Shown here one piece after another: positions 17,591-26,933 of a stretch of DNA of 64,000 bases (within the stretch, counting starts at the first letter, position 1; each line of letters opens with the position of its first letter). This stretch comes from Candidatus Helarchaeota archaeon (lineage in GTDB: Archaea > Asgardarchaeota > Lokiarchaeia > Helarchaeales > RDOG01). The notes under the pieces are model-generated. The model did no database searches. It was given only the letters and a program-made list of their open reading frames with translations, and had not been told where the DNA came from. The stretch covers positions 32,001 to 96,000 of the forward strand of contig JAHPZH010000007.1 of assembly GCA_019058315.1 (NCBI GenBank), given 5' to 3'. Position numbers and translations under genes: made by a program.

Positions 17591-18925
17591 TTAATTTTGA
17601 GGTTTAATAATTGATCCCATTCCTTCTTTCGCTAAAACTTCTCTATGATCCATGACTAATTTTCCATTTAAAAATGTCATAATTGGAATACCCTGGACTT
17701 CAAATCCATCAAATGGAGAATGATGAGCCTTGGAAAAGAAATTGGCTGAATTTATTTTATATTTCTTCTTTAAATCCACCACAACAAGATCTGCATCAAA
17801 ATTTGGGAAAATTCTTCCTTTTTGTTTTATATTGAATAATTTAGCTGGATTCTCTGAGCATAATTCAACAAATCTTTTTAAAGTGATTCTTTTATTGTTT
17901 ATATAGGTTAGCATTAATGGTAATAAAGTTTCTAACCCCGGAATTCCACTTGGGGCTTCTAAAAAAGTAGATTTTTTTTCATCTAACGAATGCGGGGCAT
18001 GATCTGTTGCTATAACATCCACAAAACCTGAATTAATTCCATCCCAAAGTGCATTACAATCACTTTTTTTTCGTAAAGGGGGGACCATTTTAGAAAAGGA
18101 CTTTTTAGTTTGAAGTAAATTGGAATCTAATATTAAATGGTGTGGAGTAACTTCAAGCGAAAAATTCAATCCTTTCTTTTTAGCTTCTATAATTCTTTTA
18201 ATAGACTCAGCAGTACTAATGTGAGCGAAGTGTAATTTTATTCCATTATCCTTAATAAAATTAATACATCTTTGTACGGTATCTATTTCACTATTAGCGT
18301 TATGTGCCTTTAAGAATGCTTCAATATCAGGATAATTAGCTTCTTTATATGTTTTAATTAATTTGTTAGTGTCTCTTTTTTCAGCATGAATAGTAACTGG
18401 AAGTTGAGTATTTTGAAGTAATTTGAATAAAGAACTAAGTTGGTCATCATTTGAAAAATCAAAATTAGAATATGGATGATCTGGATAAATTTTAAACCCT
18501 ATCGCCCCTAATTTTGTTATTTTTAAGATATCTTGGAAGTTTTCTGGAATAGCAGAATAAAAACCCACGTTACAAACAATTTTATTTGCTGCCTTTTTTA
18601 ATTTTAATTTAAAAATATCTGGATTATCAGTTCGTGGCTTAGTATTTGGCATGTCTAAAACTGTAGTTATTCCTCCTGCTAATGCTGCACGGGTTCCAGT
18701 TAAAAAATCTTCTTTATACGATAAATCCAAATCTCTCAAATGAACATGAACATCAATAATTCCAGGTAAAATTAAATTGCCATTACACTCTATTGTTTTA
18801 GATGCTGGGGGTAGATTGGGGTCTTTTCCTATTTTAATAATTTTCCCCTTATCAATAGCAATTCCCCCTTCCTTTATTTCTCCTTCTGTGAAAATTTTAG
18901 CGTTATTAAGGATTAAATCTTTCAA
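17591..18925 (-). CDS. pyrC: Dihydroorotase
   Basis: PGIIDVHVHLRD, GGITTVLDMPNT, EVTPHHL, ATDHAPH, GIPGLET. Confidence 0.9.
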   Translation of the reverse strand: MKDLILNNAKIFTEGEIKEGGIAIDKGKIIKIGKDPNLPPASKTIECNGNLILPGIIDVHVHLRDLDLSYKEDFLTGTRAALAGGITTVLDMPNTKPRTDNPDIFKLKLKKAANKIVCNVGFYSAIPENFQDILKITKLGAIGFKIYPDHPYSNFDFSNDDQLSSLFKLLQNTQLPVTIHAEKRDTNKLIKTYKEANYPDIEAFLKAHNANSEIDTVQRCINFIKDNGIKLHFAHISTAESIKRIIEAKKKGLNFSLEVTPHHLILDSNLLQTKKSFSKMVPPLRKKSDCNALWDGINSGFVDVIATDHAPHSLDEKKSTFLEAPSGIPGLETLLPLMLTYINNKRITLKRFVELCSENPAKLFNIKQKGRIFPNFDADLVVVDLKKKYKINSANFFSKAHHSPFDGFEVQGIPIMTFLNGKLVMDHREVLAKEGMGSIIKPQN

Positions 18926-18979
18926 TGACTGATATTCCTTTTATTAAAAAATTGGGTAATAATTAAAGATGGGATCTTT

Positions 18980-19792
18980 TTAATCGACTTTTAAATTGTT
19001 TTTGACTAATTTAACCATGTCCGTTTTAGAAACTATTCCGACTAATTTATTATTAGCATTCAATACTGGTACTGCTCTCATTCCTTCTTCAAGCATTATT
19101 GTAGCTGCTTCACCTATAGAATCATCTTCTTTTAAAGTGGGTGGATCTGTCTTCATAGCATCTGCAACTAAAATATATCTTAAACGTTCTTCTTGATGGC
19201 GACCTGGGACTTTATTTCTAAAATTCGCAAAAGCTCTAGCAATCATTCCTTCAGAAATCAATCCTATAAGATCTTCTCCATCGAGTACAGGAAGCACAGA
19301 AACATTCTTATCAAATAAAATATTACGTGCGTGGATTAATCTATCATTGATTGAAATAGTAATTGGCCTTTTTGTCATTATTTTGTTTAAAGAAATATCA
19401 TCTAATTTTTGACATATTTGGGTCATTTCATTATACGTAATTAATCCCACAGGTTTATCATCTTCCATAACAGGTAGTCCCGAGACTTCTTCTTTAAGCA
19501 TTATCTCCGCCGCTTCACTTAAATCTGTATTTGGATTAACAGTTTTTGGTTTATAATACATTGATGCTGAAACGTGAAGACTCGAAGTCTTTATGGATTT
19601 AGTTTTGCTTGATCCTAATCTATCGGCAAGCTCTCGCTCTGTAAGAATACCTGCGAGTTTATCTTCGTTTGTACATAATAAAGTAGATAAATTTTGTTTT
19701 TTCATCATTTCAATAGCATCAATTAACAATCGATCTTTGTCAATTGATATTTTTCTAATATCTTTTTTTTGCATAATTTCATTGATACGCAT
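18980..19792 (-). CDS. Four-CBS-domain protein
   Basis: Repeated LPV....L.GII(T/S) CBS motifs. Confidence 0.9.
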   Translation of the reverse strand: MRINEIMQKKDIRKISIDKDRLLIDAIEMMKKQNLSTLLCTNEDKLAGILTERELADRLGSSKTKSIKTSSLHVSASMYYKPKTVNPNTDLSEAAEIMLKEEVSGLPVMEDDKPVGLITYNEMTQICQKLDDISLNKIMTKRPITISINDRLIHARNILFDKNVSVLPVLDGEDLIGLISEGMIARAFANFRNKVPGRHQEERLRYILVADAMKTDPPTLKEDDSIGEAATIMLEEGMRAVPVLNANNKLVGIVSKTDMVKLVKNNLKVD

Positions 19793-19900
19793 ATATTACC
19801 CTCAATTCAATAATGAAACTAAATTTTATTAAGATTTTTTATTTGTGCAAAATATAATATTCAATGTAAGGAACAAGGAATTTGTAAAAAAAAGGGTTTT

Positions 19901-21934
19901 TCATATATTTATTTTACCTTTGCCAGTTGGAATTAAACGTTGAATTTCATCAATATTAATTCTTCTTATTTTATTTCGGAGTTTTGAGTCTTTAACATTT
20001 GATAACCAATAAGAAATAATTTCTTTTGCTAGAATTGAACTTTTTAAATCACCTGGGCAAATCTCTACTGGAAATAATATGTCTTTTGACTCAATATTTG
20101 GAGAAATTACGGGATATACATATTCATCTTCGATTTTGAATCCAATTTTGATTGTTGCAGGGATAGATTTCAAAATATTTTTTGTACCTTGGATGATGAA
20201 AGATCCTTTTTTACGATATTCACCTGATGGTGGAGTAAAAGTAACTTGAGAACCCTTAACCCAAAATGCATCAGCCTGACTATAACCTGCTTTCCAAGCA
20301 CCAGAATACGAAATGGCTAATTGAGCTCCCTCTAATATACTCTCTTCTGGAACCTCTTTTCCTTCAGTTTGAATAATAACAGCAGGTGCTCCAGCAAAAC
20401 TAGCATGAAGAAATATATCGTTATCATTCATATATTTTTTTACGATAATTTCATTCGTTTTAACGTCCTTTCCTCCTAAAATCAAAAAACCATTTGATGA
20501 TTTTAACCAATGAAATTTTTCAAACCATTTTTGAGTTCGCTTTTTTCTTGGTTTTTCAATAATTGGTTTCTCTATTGAATCTTCTAATTTTGCAGTTTCT
20601 AATTTTTTTAGAGTATTTTGAATAGCTTTTTCTGCTCCTAACTTTTTCTTCAACATTTTTTTTGATTTTTGATAAAAATTATTTGCAATTTGTGTTGGAG
20701 AATCCGTAAAATCTATTTGAAAACTCGTGTCTCCAATTTTTAACTCAACTAAGGCATTATTTGGTATAATTTTATTCATGATTTGAGCAAAGCTACCATC
20801 TTCCTTTTTCTCTTTCTCAAGTTTTGAAATTATTTCATCCCAAGAAATTTTATTTTTACGAGAAGAATTAACAAATTCGAATAATTGTTGAATTAATCCG
20901 AGATTTTGGTATATTAAATCACCATATTTTTTAAATTTTTCTCCTTTACTAATCAAAGCTTGAAGTTGTTGTTTTTGATCATTTAAAATTCTTTCAAGTC
21001 TCGTTATTTTTGCCTTTGACTCAGAAATTTGTTCTTGAATTTGCTTCTTTTCAATAGTTTCTTCTTGAAGGCTATAAAACTCATCCGCTGCTTCATTAAT
21101 GGTCTTGAATTTCTTCTGTTTAAATTCTTGAAAAATTTGCATATCAATTGGCGAAATTGCATAGAAATCTGAATTTTTATATATTATTTGGGGAGTAAAT
21201 TGTTTCTCTTTAAATGGGCGTAATAAATTCTCGATTTCTATAAAAATTTCTTTACTTTTATCTAATATCGAATTTGAAGACGCTTGAAGGTCAACATTCG
21301 CTCTAATACAAATCTCCTGTGCATAATTTGGTCCAATATTTAAATTACTAACTAAAGTTGGGATAATTCTTTTATTCGAATTCTGAAGCATGTTTTTGAA
21401 ATTCTCTAGCGATAAATTCATAATATTTTGACCAGATGTCGTTGGAAGCGAAAAAGCTCTGTTTGGGATAATTCGGCGATCACGCATTGTTTTATAACGC
21501 GATGCCGAAATGACAATATTATTTTCGTCAGTTAAAATAACATTTCCTTTATCAAAAAACTCGAATATTACCTTAAAAGTTATAATTGGTTTTGAATCAC
21601 TGGTTTCTTCTTCTGATTGAATATATCCTAACTCTAGAACTATAACCCTATCAAAATTATGTTGATAAACATCACAAACACGTAAATTCTTGGTGCTTTT
21701 TCTTAATTTTATACAAAAATTAGGTGGTATCTTTGGTTTACCCCTCTCATATTCAGTGATATGAATACGATTTGGTGTTTCCACTAACAAATTCATTTTT
21801 CCAGTTTCTGTTTTGAATTTAAAAATGAAAATATTCCCAATTTGGTATATTTTTTGAATTCTGGCTTCGATAAGTTTAGATCTTATTTCTGAAATAATTG
21901 CTAAAATATCAAAGTTTGACATGGAGTATTTCAA
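19901..21934 (-). CDS. rqc2: Ribosome quality control Rqc2/NEMF (NFACT) protein
   Basis: MSNFDI, Q.NFDRVI, WFEKFHW..SSNGFLILGGKD..TNEIIVKKY, PSGEYRKKGSFII.G.KN. Confidence 0.92.
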   Translation of the reverse strand: MKYSMSNFDILAIISEIRSKLIEARIQKIYQIGNIFIFKFKTETGKMNLLVETPNRIHITEYERGKPKIPPNFCIKLRKSTKNLRVCDVYQHNFDRVIVLELGYIQSEEETSDSKPIITFKVIFEFFDKGNVILTDENNIVISASRYKTMRDRRIIPNRAFSLPTTSGQNIMNLSLENFKNMLQNSNKRIIPTLVSNLNIGPNYAQEICIRANVDLQASSNSILDKSKEIFIEIENLLRPFKEKQFTPQIIYKNSDFYAISPIDMQIFQEFKQKKFKTINEAADEFYSLQEETIEKKQIQEQISESKAKITRLERILNDQKQQLQALISKGEKFKKYGDLIYQNLGLIQQLFEFVNSSRKNKISWDEIISKLEKEKKEDGSFAQIMNKIIPNNALVELKIGDTSFQIDFTDSPTQIANNFYQKSKKMLKKKLGAEKAIQNTLKKLETAKLEDSIEKPIIEKPRKKRTQKWFEKFHWLKSSNGFLILGGKDVKTNEIIVKKYMNDNDIFLHASFAGAPAVIIQTEGKEVPEESILEGAQLAISYSGAWKAGYSQADAFWVKGSQVTFTPPSGEYRKKGSFIIQGTKNILKSIPATIKIGFKIEDEYVYPVISPNIESKDILFPVEICPGDLKSSILAKEIISYWLSNVKDSKLRNKIRRINIDEIQRLIPTGKGKINI

Positions 21935-22072
21935 GGTATATCCTCGTTATAATAACACATTCTTTTCATATTATCTTATCATAATAAAAATGGTAAATCT
22001 AGAATTTCTTTATTATGTAATAGAACAATTTTTATTTACATTAATTTTAAAATAAATACAAGGGTTTTTGTA

Positions 22073-22423
22073 ATGGTTATTGATAAATTAAAAAGAAAAA
22101 TCGATGAAATGAGTCTAAAGGGCCAAATTTATGTATCAAAAATAATTTTGGCCGCAATTGCAACATTAGGTTGTTTTATCTTAACGCTGACTCAAATAGA
22201 ACACTCACAAGCTTGGGGTGTTGCATTTGGTTGGAGTTTGGTAGCTGTACATTTTTTAGTTGTTTGGAAAGTCGTGAAAGTTGACATAAACGAAATTGGA
22301 GGAAAAGGAAAGATCCTTATGGAAGGATTCGGAACTTATATATTTATGTGGTTACTACTTTGGACGACTGTACATACTATATGGTGGATTTCAGTATATG
22401 GTGTCCCGATTTTTTATCCTTAA
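22073..22423 (+). CDS. EMC6-like three-TM membrane protein
   Basis: 116 aa, 3 TMs, final helix GFGTYIFMWLLLWTTVH resembles the EMC6 C-terminal helix. Confidence 0.6.
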   Translation: MVIDKLKRKIDEMSLKGQIYVSKIILAAIATLGCFILTLTQIEHSQAWGVAFGWSLVAVHFLVVWKVVKVDINEIGGKGKILMEGFGTYIFMWLLLWTTVHTIWWISVYGVPIFYP

Positions 22424-22623
22424 TAAACAAAACTAGTATAATATGACCCAACTTTTAAGTTTCGCCTATAATTTCTAATATTAAATCTGATCATATAATT
22501 TGGAAATTTCGAATTTCTCAAAAATTTTTCTAGAAATTGTTAAATCTTCAAATATAATTAAAAATATTTAATACATAAAAAAAATTAAATTATTATAAGT
22601 GGTAAAAAATCAGATGAAAATTA

Positions 22624-23118
22624 ATGAAAAAACAAGATAGCTCAACTAAGGGAGATATAGACGAATTAGATCATAAAATATTAGAATTTTTACAAGATGA
22701 TTCTCGGATGCCTTTTACGAATATTGCTAAAAAACTTAATGTGCCTGATACGACAGTTCATTTTCGAGTGCGCAAATTAAAAGAGATGGGTATAATCAAA
22801 AAATTCTCTATAGTGATACCTCCAGAGACATTAGGCTTTCGCGTTATTGCATGGTTTACCCTAAAAGTCGGTGGGCATATTGTTGAGGATATTTCCATCA
22901 AGAGACTAAATGAATTAACTGAATACTTATCAAAAATGAATAATGTTAAGTTTGTAGCTAATACATCCGATAATAATATTTGTATTCTTGTATTAACAAA
23001 AAATGAAGCAGAAATGGATCAAATTATAAATGAGCTTAACCATAATCCTGATGTTGGTGAGTTATCTGTTTCGAAAATTACTAAAATTATAAAAGGTGAA
23101 GGTTTTACTAGTTTATAA
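22624..23118 (+). CDS. Lrp/AsnC family transcriptional regulator
   Basis: DELDHKILEFLQDDSRMPFTNIAKKLNVPDTTVHFRVRKL. Confidence 0.93.
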   Translation: MKKQDSSTKGDIDELDHKILEFLQDDSRMPFTNIAKKLNVPDTTVHFRVRKLKEMGIIKKFSIVIPPETLGFRVIAWFTLKVGGHIVEDISIKRLNELTEYLSKMNNVKFVANTSDNNICILVLTKNEAEMDQIINELNHNPDVGELSVSKITKIIKGEGFTSL

Positions 23119-23135
23119 CATATGAGGGTGATTTT

Positions 23136-23855
23136 GTGGCTGATGAACGAGTTAAAACTGGAGTTCCAGGACTTGATGAAATTTTACATGGTGGTTTAAT
23201 TAAAGGACATAATATTTTGGTTACAGGTTGTGCTGGGACTGGAAAAACGATTCTATGTACGCAATTTCTTTATCAAGGTGCAAAAAAATTTAATGAACCT
23301 GGAATTTTAGTAACTTTAGAGGAAATGCCCAATGAGTTGAGGAAAGAAGCGTCATTATTTAAATGGGATGTAAAAGAGTTAGAAGAACAAAAAAAATTCG
23401 CTATAATTGATGCAGCATCAAGTAAAGCGGGTCTTCCAACTGGTGAAAAATTTGCTCTAAGAAGAGGTTTTGACGTTAATACTTTAGCACAAGAGATATA
23501 TCGTACAACAAAAGAAATAGGCGCTAAAAGGGTTGTAATTGACTCAATTGCAGGTTTGGGAATGCAATTTGAGGGTACTATAAATATAAGAACAGCAATA
23601 TTTCGTTTAAGTGCATTGTTACGAGAAATAAATTGTACATCACTTATGACTTCTGAAGTACCCGCAGGAGACGTTTTTACTAGATATGGTGTCGAAGAAT
23701 TTATTGCTCAAGGAGTAATTCTTCTTTATCTTGAAGAGGAAGCAGGAGAGTTAAAACGCAGTCTAGTTGTAAGAAAAATGAGAGGAACATCCCACTCACT
23801 AAAGCGCTATCCATTTGAAATTAATGACGACAAAGGAATAGTTGTAATGCTTTAA
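23136..23855 (+). CDS. KaiC/RecA-superfamily single-domain ATPase
   Basis: TGVPGLDEIL.GG, GCAGTGKT, TLEE, VVIDS, RKMRGT. Confidence 0.92.
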   Translation: MADERVKTGVPGLDEILHGGLIKGHNILVTGCAGTGKTILCTQFLYQGAKKFNEPGILVTLEEMPNELRKEASLFKWDVKELEEQKKFAIIDAASSKAGLPTGEKFALRRGFDVNTLAQEIYRTTKEIGAKRVVIDSIAGLGMQFEGTINIRTAIFRLSALLREINCTSLMTSEVPAGDVFTRYGVEEFIAQGVILLYLEEEAGELKRSLVVRKMRGTSHSLKRYPFEINDDKGIVVML

Positions 23856-23934
23856 TATTTTTTTCTTTTATATTCTAAATATATTTCTTTATTTAAAATG
23901 TATTTTTACAATAAATAGGGAATAATTAATAGTT

Positions 23935-24837
23935 CTATTTCTCTTCTTCTGGTTCTTCCCAACCCAATACTTTTAGAGCTTCAAGCACAGCTTCTTTATC
24001 ACTTATTTTAAAAAGCTCATCATCACTTGCTTCGGCAGCTGTAAAAGGTTTTGTGGGGGGAGTTGAGATAGTTGGGGTGGGTTGAGTTGTTACAGGTTTT
24101 GGACCCAGTGCTGTTCTCAAAGCCTCAGTATCAATTTCTACACTTCCTGAAGTAGGCTGTGCAGGAGTTGGAGTTTTTTTACTTTCTAATGACTGTAAAG
24201 CATCGAATAATGCCCTTTTATCAAAACTTTCTTCCACTTCCGAAACTGAAGCTGGTGCTGGGATTGAATCTACTGAAACTGGGGCAGGAACTTCTTCTAA
24301 TCCAGTTGAAGCTGTTAATTGATCTACAGTAATAGGTTCGGGAACCTCTTCAGTGGTGATTGTTGTAGGTGTTGTAAGTGTTACTGGAGCAGATTGAGAT
24401 GAAACAGGTGCTGCTATAGTAGGCTCAGCTGTAGCTGGAAGAATTGCTGCTTCATATCCTAAGGTGTGCGCCACTTTATTACTAAATCTATGTAAAAGTG
24501 CGAGATAATAGCCCATTCTACTCATTTTTTTACAAGAACCTACGACCATATGTCTAGGTCCAGCTTGAGTGAGTATAGTATAACCATCTTCTCCTCTTAC
24601 GATGATTTCCTTCAATCCTCCATGTTTTAATTGGCGTAGACTAGTTTCTCCCAAATTTACAAGGGCAGCAGATGCTGCTGAATATACATCTGCATCAACA
24701 TCAGCAGAAACTGCACAAGCTATACGTAATCCTTCCTTTGTAACAACTGCACACGCTTCTAATTCAGTTCTAGCTTCCAATTTATTTAATAAATTGGTTA
24801 AAGTATCTTTCTGGTCTTCAGAAATCTCCAATTTCAA
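23935..24837 (-). CDS. Roadblock/LC7 domain protein with P/T-rich linker and repeated C-terminal helices
   Basis: ACAVVTKEGLRIA...SAASAAL...GGLKEIIVRGEDGY. Confidence 0.85.
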   Translation of the reverse strand: MKLEISEDQKDTLTNLLNKLEARTELEACAVVTKEGLRIACAVSADVDADVYSAASAALVNLGETSLRQLKHGGLKEIIVRGEDGYTILTQAGPRHMVVGSCKKMSRMGYYLALLHRFSNKVAHTLGYEAAILPATAEPTIAAPVSSQSAPVTLTTPTTITTEEVPEPITVDQLTASTGLEEVPAPVSVDSIPAPASVSEVEESFDKRALFDALQSLESKKTPTPAQPTSGSVEIDTEALRTALGPKPVTTQPTPTISTPPTKPFTAAEASDDELFKISDKEAVLEALKVLGWEEPEEEK

Positions 24838-25092
24838 ACCTTCTTTAAAAATATCTCAAAAAGCTATTTCCAATTAATAATTTTTATAGATTTTAGCCTT
24901 ATTTAATTATGGTTTCTAGTTATTCTTATATTTTATTTCATTAATTTGAGTTTATCAATCAAGGTCATAATAAGAAATTTCTTAATTTATTGAATATAAT
25001 TTGAAAATTCATAAAAATTTTATAAAATTAGTTAAAAGAGTAATTATTTTAAATAAAATTTAATATTCTAAAATCAGTAAGGATGTTTTAAA

Positions 25093-25308
25093 ATGATAAA
25101 TGAGAAATTGATATGTTTAAATTGTAAAAAAGAAATTCCTTCTAATGCTTCATATTGCCCCCATTGTGGTTTAAAATTAAAAATGTCTATTCAAGCTAAG
25201 AATACAAGAATTTGTAAAAAATGCGGTACTAATATTTTAACATCAAAATTATCTTATTGTCCAATATGTTCAACTAATTTAGAAAGCACCCGAGTTCAAA
25301 AAAAGTAA
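25093..25308 (+). CDS. Double zinc-ribbon protein
   Basis: CLNC...YCPHCG and CKKC...YCPIC. Confidence 0.85.
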   Translation: MINEKLICLNCKKEIPSNASYCPHCGLKLKMSIQAKNTRICKKCGTNILTSKLSYCPICSTNLESTRVQKK

Positions 25309-25417
25309 AATTAGCATTTTTCAATATTTCTGAGGATTTTAATTCATTTTTTGGTAAATCTAAATTAATTCTAATGGAATTAAGGTTATTTTTTTTACTA
25401 TTTTAAAAATCTAGGTC

Positions 25418-25615
25418 TTACAATGATTTTGCTCTCTCTTCTACTTCAGTAGCTTTATCATCAAGACCAGCTTTTCTATACCACTCTGCTGCACTTAATA
25501 AAAGTCTCTTAGCTATTTCTGGTTCACGGCTTTTTATATGACTCTCAGCAAGTTCTATATGATATTTGGCTTTCTTTTCTGCATATTCAATTAATTGATC
25601 ACTTGCTTTAGGCAC
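25418..25615 (-). CDS. Small TPR/SNAP-like helical protein
   Basis: AESHIKSREPEIAKRLLLSAAEWYRKAGLDDKA; GTG start with GAGG SD. Confidence 0.7.
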   Translation of the reverse strand: MPKASDQLIEYAEKKAKYHIELAESHIKSREPEIAKRLLLSAAEWYRKAGLDDKATEVEERAKSL

Positions 25616-25771
25616 TAAAATCCCTCATATTTCTTTATTTTTAGTAATTGTTCTATCTAATTAAAAAATAAAACTTATGTATATTAATATTTTTTTAATT
25701 TTAAAAATGGGATAGAAAATTCTGAATATTTAAGTTAATTTGGGAATATTTTAGGTTAAAATAAATAAATA

Positions 25772-26674
25772 TTATTTTTGGAATTTAATCTTATATGCTT
25801 CGACTTGTGCACTAGATAGAACTTCAGTTGATCCTTTAAGTAATTCAACAGCCATTATTCGACCTTCATTAACAATCATTCGAGCAGTATAGTCCTTAGC
25901 GAGAAAATCACCCTCTGGTAAATCTGCGAAAATTTCCCATTTACGCTCAATCTTTTCTTGACCAAGAAAAGTTTTCTTACTCTCTACCATGCTGAAAACG
26001 TATGGACCGATTACCACAATCTCCCTCTCATAATTTGGTGGAACTGATTTTTGATCAATAATTGCGATAATTTGCTTTACACTATCTTCAACTGGAAGGG
26101 ATTGAATCCCAGTACTAACTACTGCCTCAGCTGGAACTGTTTCTGGTTGAGAAATAGGTGCAGGTTGAATCGTAGGTGTAGGTTGAAACGTAGGAGCTGG
26201 TTCAATAGTAGGAGGAGTTTGAACTATCGCGGGTTGGGGTTGAGTGGGTTGAATAATTGTAGGTTGAGCAACTGGCTGTGGTGGAGAGGCAACCGTTGGT
26301 TGAGGAGGTAATGCTGGAGGTTGGGCTGCTGGCTGCTCTGCCGGTATAAATTCTTCGATTTCAGGAGCAGTGGGAACAGGACCGCCAATTAAATTAATAA
26401 ATTCACTTGGTTCTGAACCTTGGTCAACAGAATCCACTTTAAAAGTTAAACCTAATTGCCCACGCAAGTCTTGACTTTTGCGTGCTGCAATAAACTTCCG
26501 ACGAACCCTTGCATTCTCTCCTTTCCAAATATATATTTTCTTTTGTATCTCATCAACAACTAAAACTACCATATCTGATTTTAACATAACATTAATTGGT
26601 CCAGATATTGGTACTTGTTCTAAATCGCCTTCGTCTAAAACATTGTGTAGTTGAATGCTCATAATAAACGCCAC
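25772..26674 (-). CDS. Asgard single gelsolin-domain protein with Pro/Gln-rich linker and C-terminal domain (1DGelX-like)
   Basis: VVLVVD....IYIWKGENA....KFIAA...VDQGSEPSEF gelsolin signature. Confidence 0.8.
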   Translation of the reverse strand: MAFIMSIQLHNVLDEGDLEQVPISGPINVMLKSDMVVLVVDEIQKKIYIWKGENARVRRKFIAARKSQDLRGQLGLTFKVDSVDQGSEPSEFINLIGGPVPTAPEIEEFIPAEQPAAQPPALPPQPTVASPPQPVAQPTIIQPTQPQPAIVQTPPTIEPAPTFQPTPTIQPAPISQPETVPAEAVVSTGIQSLPVEDSVKQIIAIIDQKSVPPNYEREIVVIGPYVFSMVESKKTFLGQEKIERKWEIFADLPEGDFLAKDYTARMIVNEGRIMAVELLKGSTEVLSSAQVEAYKIKFQK

Positions 26675-26933
26675 ATTTTGGAATAAGACATAAAATAATT
26701 GGAAATTTTTTCTATTTTGAATTATTAATAACTAAATAGTTTAATAAATTCTATACATAATGTAAAACATTTTAACTAATTATTATAATTTTCGTCTATT
26801 GAAACTAAAAACAAAAAGGAATATAATTGAAATAAACATTTTTTTATGAATAAATTATTTTTATATCGATGATTTTGTCGTTTTTTTTAATAAATTGAAG
26901 TTATACTCATTTTTAATTTAATATTACTATATT

